Position numbers and translations under genes: made by a program. This document shows positions 57,378-64,000 of a stretch of DNA of 64,000 bases, in pieces (position 1 is the stretch's first letter; each line of letters begins with the position of its first letter). Below the pieces are notes generated by a model, which searched no databases, was not told the origin of the DNA, and worked only from the letters and a program-made list of their open reading frames with translations. This stretch comes from Eledone cirrhosa (Eukaryota): contig OZ024751.1 of assembly GCA_964016885.1 (NCBI GenBank), forward strand, positions 7,626,001 to 7,690,000. The letters run 5' to 3'.

Positions 57378-58021
57378 GTTTTGGGTCCCGAATTATATAT
57401 ATATATATATTTATCTGTGCGGATGCATTAATATATATATATATATGTATAGATAAACTGCAAGCATTTGTATCAAATTCTTGACAAATATATATCTCAA
57501 CTTGCATAACTCATGTGCATTTCTATCTTCAGGATATATATGAAAAAAATGTTGTGCATGTGTTTTTTGTTTTTTATGCTACAGCCACCATTTAACCTAA
57601 TTCCCTTCATGCAATGCAGGACTTGTTTTGGCCTGAGTAGAATAAGATACTTTTACATGAATTAAGTTATAAAATAAATATATTTTCAAACACTAAATGC
57701 ATCCAAATATATCGAAATATTGATTTTACAGTCGCAAGATGTATTTTTACTGTTTAAATCATAAAATTATTCCATTGGCTATCCTATAAAAAAAATTAAT
57801 GCTGGCGCAATTCCTGCAAACTTATTATTTTAGAACTGTATCTTCCTTGTTGATATAATTCCTTGTAGGAAGCCAAAACACTATTTCTGATTTCCATAGC
57901 AGCTTATTTCTGATTTATACGAAGAAAAAATATCAAATAATACGATTATTATTTTATTAATTTAATAAGGCAGAATACCTTTTAATGTCACAGCATATAT
58001 ATGGCGTTGGTGAATCACTAT

Positions 58022-58157
58022 ATAAGATATATGTATAAATGATCTATTTGTGCCTAGTTCTCAAGTGTTATAAGTATGGGAAAGTGGTGTGTTTATATAC
58101 ACAATACACCTAGTCAGGGTATTGGATCGAATCCTATCTATTTAGGATTCTAGTTCA

Positions 58158-58213
<56 letters not shown>

Positions 58214-58349
58214 TGAACTAGAATCCTAAATAGACAGGATTCGATCCAATACCCTGACTATGTGTATTGTGTATATAAACACGCCACTTGCCCATACTTA
58301 TAACACTTGTGAACTAGGCACCAATAGATCATTTATACATCTATCTTAT
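58022..58349. repeat. Palindrome centred on a (TA)n tract
   Basis: 58022-58161 is the reverse complement of 58211-58349 with few mismatches; the spacer is pure (TA)n. Confidence 0.9.
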
Positions 58350-58544
58350 CACATTTATACATCTCTCTTATCACATTACCAATCTATCATACCTTATCTT
58401 GCAAACATAGCCGTTTGTCTATCACTAGCCGCAATAAAACAATTAAACCAAGAATAAGAAAAATACTTATAAATGCAAATACACCCTTCTCTTATCCTCA
58501 CATATGGTATTAATTATTTCTTACTATTATTTTCATTCTACACG

Positions 58545-58650
58545 ACCGAGGTTAACTTTGCCTTTCATCCTTACGGGATCGATAAAATAAAGTACCACTA
58601 ATACACTGGGATAATTGTGGGCCTTGTGCCAAAAAGTAGAAACAATTATT
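58545..58650 (+). mobile_element. 5'-truncated S1 SINE with TSD
   Basis: Flanked by attattttcattctacac on both sides. Confidence 0.85.
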
Positions 58651-59031
58651 TTCATTCTACACTTTTATGATATCCCTTTATTGTTATTACCTGTCGGACA
58701 TGTGAATCCGTAAGTTTATTTATTTATTTATTTTATTTTGTTTTTCATCTTCCTCTTCATGTCTCTATACTTCAATATAAATAGTATTTAGATAATTTGC
58801 CTGATATAGGAAGTATTTAAAATCGAATTTCACAATAGCATTGCAGATCATACGTGTTAATCTTCATTAATTAATTAATATTCCAGGAACTGATTACGTA
58901 AGAACTATCCGAAATTAACCAGCCGAACGCCACAACTAAGTAAACATCCTGTTGAGTCAACTAACGCCGCACGTTGAAATACTCCACGCGTAAACTTTAT
59001 TTAGATTACCTTAAAGGATACCTCGTGTACT

Positions 59032-59192
<161 letters not shown>

Positions 59193-59208
59193 TAAAATAG
59201 CAGATTAA

Positions 59209-59259
59209 AGTTTAAGCAAGGAATCGCTGCTTTCACCCTTAACGGGATCTTCTGAAACT
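59209..59259 (-). ncRNA. Atypical HHR-like motif at the Naiad 3' end (U4->A)
   Basis: Minus strand: agttt CAGAAGA tcccgttaagggt GAAA gcag-cgattcc-ttgc TT aaact; right-arm copy 63271-63321 has GGAA. Confidence 0.5.
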
Positions 59260-60184
59260 AACAAAGTCAATCTGTAAACGCAGAACTGGATATTTCAAAA
59301 AACGTTGCAACCGGAGGAAGACAGGAAGACGATACTTTGGTTCATGGTGACGCTCGCTGGCAAAGAACGGGAAAAACGAATAATACGTCATTAATAGGAG
59401 CGGTGAAAAACAAAAACGTGCAAGGACAGAACCACGTTTATGGTATAAAAGAGGTCGTAGACTAATGTTCTCTAAGTGGTGCATAGAGACGTTCTCTGGC
59501 AATGAACGAAAAAAACGAAGATAATAAGTCATATGTGGAACGTGGAGAACAATAGCGTGCAAAGACAAAACCACGTAAATGGTATAGCAGAAGTCGTAGA
59601 CTAAAATTCTAACTAGGAGACCGAATGAATCTCCGCTACAGAGTTCAGAACAAAGTAAATAAATACAATACAGAAGTAATAGGAACAAACAAATACATAC
59701 ACGCAAACAGATACGTACATACACAAGCATACGCAAAACCTTACCATAGGTATACAAAACCACGCACATATAAATATGTGTATGTGTGTATGCTTGTGTA
59801 CAAATAAATAAATAATTATATAAACGTATATAAGTAAATAAATACGTATATAACAAGCGCACACACATACCTACAAATAAATACAAGAAGGTTCGGAGAC
59901 GTAAGTCAACTAAAACAAGAAGTACACATATACACACACCCACCATACGTACGAATCTGCATACTCACGCAGACGCAAAACTCCCAAATACACATAACCA
60001 AGCCCTAAATACCAGAATATGTAAAAATTATACGCCAAGACAGTCAAATATACGTACGAGAAGGTATACATACCTTCACAAAACATACGGGTAATATATA
60101 CTTACCTATGCAAATAAGTAAAGGAATAAACAAAACATATACTTAGCTCCCACATCAAGACGTAATATCCACGTATATATCGTG

Positions 60185-61987
60185 CTATCCGTTAGGGTAT
60201 AACGTAGGGCTGTAATACAGGAAAGTTTTGTGCAATTTATGTTTACAAGCCGAAATTGCCTCAGATTTTTTGTTTAAGATGTGGTCTGTGGGGTAGAGTA
60301 TTTCCAGGGCCTCAGCGGCGCAGAGGTCACATGGTCTTTTATTTCCGTAATACCATCTAGCCCTAGCTAGGATCTCCCAGTGTAACTTATATTGGGTGTG
60401 GTTGTCTTTTAGACTCCAGATATAAGCTGAAAGTGACGTCATATTCCTTCTTAGAGGGTAACGAAAAGAATGGGTATGCATGTAAAGACGCTGCTTGAAA
60501 CTATTGGCGGTTAACCCTATGTAGGCCCTACGGGACGTGGGTGTTACAACCTTACATTTGTAGACAATGTTACTAGAGAGGCATTTCCCGGATAGGGGAC
60601 AATCAGCCCGATTCCTACAAATACAGTTAGTACTAACTACAGGGTTGCACGTGTTCCTACGGCTAGGTATTTTAGCTAAATTTGAAGCTGTGATGTTATG
60701 TGCAAGGTTAGGAGTCGTTGAGTAAGAAATTTTAATAGTGTTTCTATTAAAACTTTTACTATATTTATGTGTAGGTGGAAAATGCTTCGTAATAAGGGAA
60801 AGAAAGATCTTAGCTAATGGTGTGGCCACCTCCATATTATATGGTGGGTTAAACCAACAAATGCGACGGGATCTATTTCTTCTAGGTCTATTCTCGTACT
60901 CTGTATATGCTACCTTATCGACAAATCCACTTCGAGCAAGAGCTTCATTGTAATAAGTGGAATGGTCGTTGAAAATGCGCTCGTTGGTGGAAAGACGGGA
61001 AAGCCTCAACGAAACGTTTTTTACCAGGTTCTTGGTTATGCTGGTAGGATGGTGGGAATGCTTACTTATGTAATTAAGCGTATCATTCGGATTTCTATAC
61101 GGGTAATGCAACCCATTCAATAAATTGAGGGTAACGTCGAGGTAATTAACGAACGAGAGATTGGCCTCAACCTGTATAGAGAGGTTGAAGACTTTAAAGA
61201 AGGCTGTGAGTTCTTTTCTGAATCTGTCGCAAGCACGAGGTCCGCACTTAGTCATGGTCAAAAAGCCATCGTCACGGTACAAACCACCGTCCGCGTTGGG
61301 GAATTCGTCCTTGATAGAGAAAAGAAGGAAAAGGCCAATAAGATCAGTAACCTCCGCAGAGTCACTGGCGCCCATACTCACGTCGAATGGGGTACTATTG
61401 GATTTTTTAATCCAAATAGAATCGTCGAAATTAATCACCGACTTTCGGGCATTAAGGATGACATCAACTTCGAAATCCTTAACCACTGTGAGTGTTTTAG
61501 AGAAATTGATAGCTCTAAGGAGAAGTGGTAAAGTGATTGAGGAGTAGTAATTGTTGATGTCGAATTGGATAAAACGGCAATGTTCCTTGTTACATATGCC
61601 GTTGAACCAATCAATCACCGCGAAAGAATTGTTCCACAGTGCGAGAGGGGCCAAATTTCTAATTTCAGGTATAATTCTATCAAGAATCGTTTTACTAAGT
61701 CTACCTAAATCGGACTTCGTAGGGTTAATAAGCCGAATAGAGGGGTTGTTCGGAAAATTGGATTTGTGGTCCTTCAGGGTAAAGTGGGGAGAGATAGGGT
61801 CCAGGGGTTCGGTCCGGTCTAGGATGTTGAGATCAGATGTGATTTTAAACCCAGCATAGTTGATTTCATTGATGACACACCGATTAGTTTTACGGTAATC
61901 CTTAGTTACAGCATTATGTAGTAGTTGATGGTAAGTACTGCGCTCCACTTGATATAGGTTGCCAGTTTTGTCGGAATGGACGTGCAC
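60185..61987 (-). CDS. PLE polyprotein, 5'-truncated: reverse transcriptase + Cys-rich linker + GIY-YIG endonuclease
   Basis: SDKTGNLY, IRLINP, FIQFDINNYYSSI, FDVSMGASDSAEVTDLIG, GLYRDDG, WFNPPY, CICRNRADCPLSGKC, IVYKC..AYIG, CDLC; no internal stops; the GTG start is an artefact of truncation at the inversion junction. Confidence 0.93.
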   Translation of the reverse strand: MHVHSDKTGNLYQVERSTYHQLLHNAVTKDYRKTNRCVINEINYAGFKITSDLNILDRTEPLDPISPHFTLKDHKSNFPNNPSIRLINPTKSDLGRLSKTILDRIIPEIRNLAPLALWNNSFAVIDWFNGICNKEHCRFIQFDINNYYSSITLPLLLRAINFSKTLTVVKDFEVDVILNARKSVINFDDSIWIKKSNSTPFDVSMGASDSAEVTDLIGLFLLFSIKDEFPNADGGLYRDDGFLTMTKCGPRACDRFRKELTAFFKVFNLSIQVEANLSFVNYLDVTLNLLNGLHYPYRNPNDTLNYISKHSHHPTSITKNLVKNVSLRLSRLSTNERIFNDHSTYYNEALARSGFVDKVAYTEYENRPRRNRSRRICWFNPPYNMEVATPLAKIFLSLITKHFPPTHKYSKSFNRNTIKISYSTTPNLAHNITASNLAKIPSRRNTCNPVVSTNCICRNRADCPLSGKCLSSNIVYKCKVVTPTSRRAYIGLTANSFKQRLYMHTHSFRYPLRRNMTSLSAYIWSLKDNHTQYKLHWEILARARWYYGNKRPCDLCAAEALEILYPTDHILNKKSEAISACKHKLHKTFLYYSPTLYPNG

Positions 61988-61997
61988 GGCGTTAGAA

Positions 61998-62333
61998 TGT
62001 AGGCCCTACATAGGGTTAACCGCCAATAGTTTCAAGCAGCGTCTTTACATGCATACCCATTCTTTTCGTTACCCTCTAAGAAGGAATATGACGTCACTTT
62101 CAGCTTATATCTGGAGTCTAAAAGACAACCACACCCAATATAAGTTACACTGGGAGATCCTAGCTAGGGCTAGATCGTATTACGGAAATAAAAGACCATG
62201 TGACCTCTGCGCCGCTGAGGCCCTGGAAATACTCTACGCCACAGACCACATCTTAAACAAAAAATCTGAGGCAATTTCGGCTTGTAAACATAAATTGCAC
62301 AAAACTTTCCTGTATTACAGCCCTACGTTATAA
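61998..62333 (+). pseudogene. Inverted duplicate of the GIY-YIG C-terminal coding segment
   Basis: YIGLTANSFKQRLYMH..TFLYYSPTL matches the end of the 600-aa ORF. Confidence 0.9.
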
Positions 62334-63427
62334 CCTAACGGATAGCACGATCTATACGTGGATATTACGTCTTGATGTGGGAGCTAAGTATATGTTTTGT
62401 TTATTCCTTTACTTATTTGCATAGGTAAGTATATATTACCCGTATGTTTTGTGAAGGTATGTATACCTTCTCGTACGTATATTTCACTGTCTTGGCGTAT
62501 CATTTTTACATATTCTGGTATTTAGGGCTTGGTTATGTGTATTTGGGAGTTTTGCGTCTGCGTGAGTATGCAGGTTCGTACGTATGGTGGGTGTGTGTAT
62601 ATGTGTACTTCTTGTTTTAGTTGACTTACGTCTCCGAACCTTCTTGTATTTATTTGTAGGTATGTGTGTGCGCTTGTTATATACGTATTTATTTACTTAT
62701 ATACGTTTATATAATTATTTATTTATTTGTATACAAGCATACACACATACACATATTTATATGTGCGTGGTTTTGTATACCTATGGTAAGGTTTTGCGTA
62801 TGCTTGTGTATGTACGTATCTGTTTGCGTGTATGTATTTATTTGTTCCTATTACTTCTGTATTGTATTTATTTACTTTGTTCTTAACTCTGTAGCGGAGA
62901 TTCATTCGGTCTCCTAGTTAGAATTTTAGTCTACGACTTCTGCTATACCATTTACGTGGTTTTGTCTTTGCACGCTATTGTTCTCCACGTTCCACATATG
63001 ACTTATTATCTTCGTTTTTTTCGTTCATTGCCAGAGAACGTCTCTTTGCACCACTTAGAGAACATTAGTCTACGACCTCTTTTATACCATAAACGTGGTT
63101 CTGTCCTTGCACGTTTTTGTTTTTCACCGCTCCTATTAATGACGTATTATTCGTTTTTCCCGTTCTTTGCCAGCGAACGTCACCATGAACCAAAGTATCG
63201 TCTTCCTGTCTTCCTCCGGTTGCAACGTTTTTTGAAATATCCAGTTCTGCGTTTACAGATTGACTTTGTTAGTTTCAGAAGATCCCGTTAAGGGTGGAAG
63301 CAGCGATTCTTTGCTTAAACTTTAATCTGTTATTTTAATAAATATTTGCTCTTCGGTTCTTATATATTTGATATATATTTTCCTTATCGAGCCCTCTCTG
63401 GATTTTAGTTTTCAATTTTATTATTAT

Positions 63428-63470
<43 letters not shown>

Positions 63471-63475
63471 TATAT

Positions 63476-63580
<105 letters not shown>

Positions 63581-63769
63581 CATTTTGAATTGATCGCATT
63601 CGACCTATTTTATGAATATGTCATATTTTACATATCTAATATTGTATTTTGTCTGAAGAAGGCTTACTATAACACAGTATCGCTAAAATATATATAACGA
63701 AATAACTCATGACTTTATAGTGATATCAATTCCATTTATTACTATTATTATTATTATTATTATTATTAT

Positions 63770-63837
63770 TACGGGGTCGATAAAATAAAGTACCAGTAAT
63801 GCACTGGATAATTGCTGGCCTTGTGCCAAATGTAGAA

Positions 63838-63840
<3 letters not shown>
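63770..63840 (+). mobile_element. S1 SINE tail inserted after (ATT)n
   Basis: acggggtcgataaaataaagtaccag..gtagaaata. Confidence 0.8.
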
Positions 63841-63875
<35 letters not shown>

Positions 63876-64000
63876 AACTTCAATTTCACAAGGTAGATTT
63901 ATGGATAGACATGTATATACACATACATATACATACATGACATGCTGAAACACACAGGGACACAAATGCCGATGAAGTTTCCAGGACGCCGTAGTGGCAT

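Noticed and set aside
59239-59946. 235-aa ORF in the Naiad 3'UTR
   Set aside because: Low-complexity TG-rich UTR; the near-identical right arm has a stop in this frame and the older copy does not preserve it.
60185-61987. Possible selenocysteine (in-frame UGA) use, as reported for some Naiads
   Set aside because: The conserved Cys codons I could read here and in the 22-24 kb copy are TGY; no in-frame TGA, so no SECIS call was made.

Overview
AT-rich animal DNA dominated by (TA)n/(CA)n/(GA)n microsatellites and transposon-derived sequence. The repeat content suggests a cephalopod (Octopus-like) genome, which is inference only. No host protein-coding gene can be supported, and almost all listed ORFs are microsatellite translations (YIYI/VCVC/THTH). 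Recognisable elements are three Naiad-type Penelope-like elements (PLEs; RT plus C-terminal GIY-YIG), Neptune-type PLE remnants, RTE-, R4/Dong- and CRE-like LINE fragments, an internally deleted mariner, and many tRNA-derived SINE copies. One PLE is young, with a 600-aa open frame and ~1.35-kb inverted arms. The main hidden signal is that many non-coding islands between (TA)n tracts carry type I hammerhead ribozyme (HHR) motifs: about 10 with canonical cores and about 10 variant or degenerate, from at least 8 apparently unrelated families. These occur in two architectures. (i) About 14 fold-back insertions whose 3' tails point outward wherever orientation can be read, the same geometry as the autonomous Naiad copy. 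(ii) Partial-tandem ~600-nt non-coding units (631 nt with a textbook HHR; 591 nt with a U3:A8 variant HHR) that resemble retrozymes or mini-PLEs. All folds and alignments were done by eye, and boundaries are approximate.
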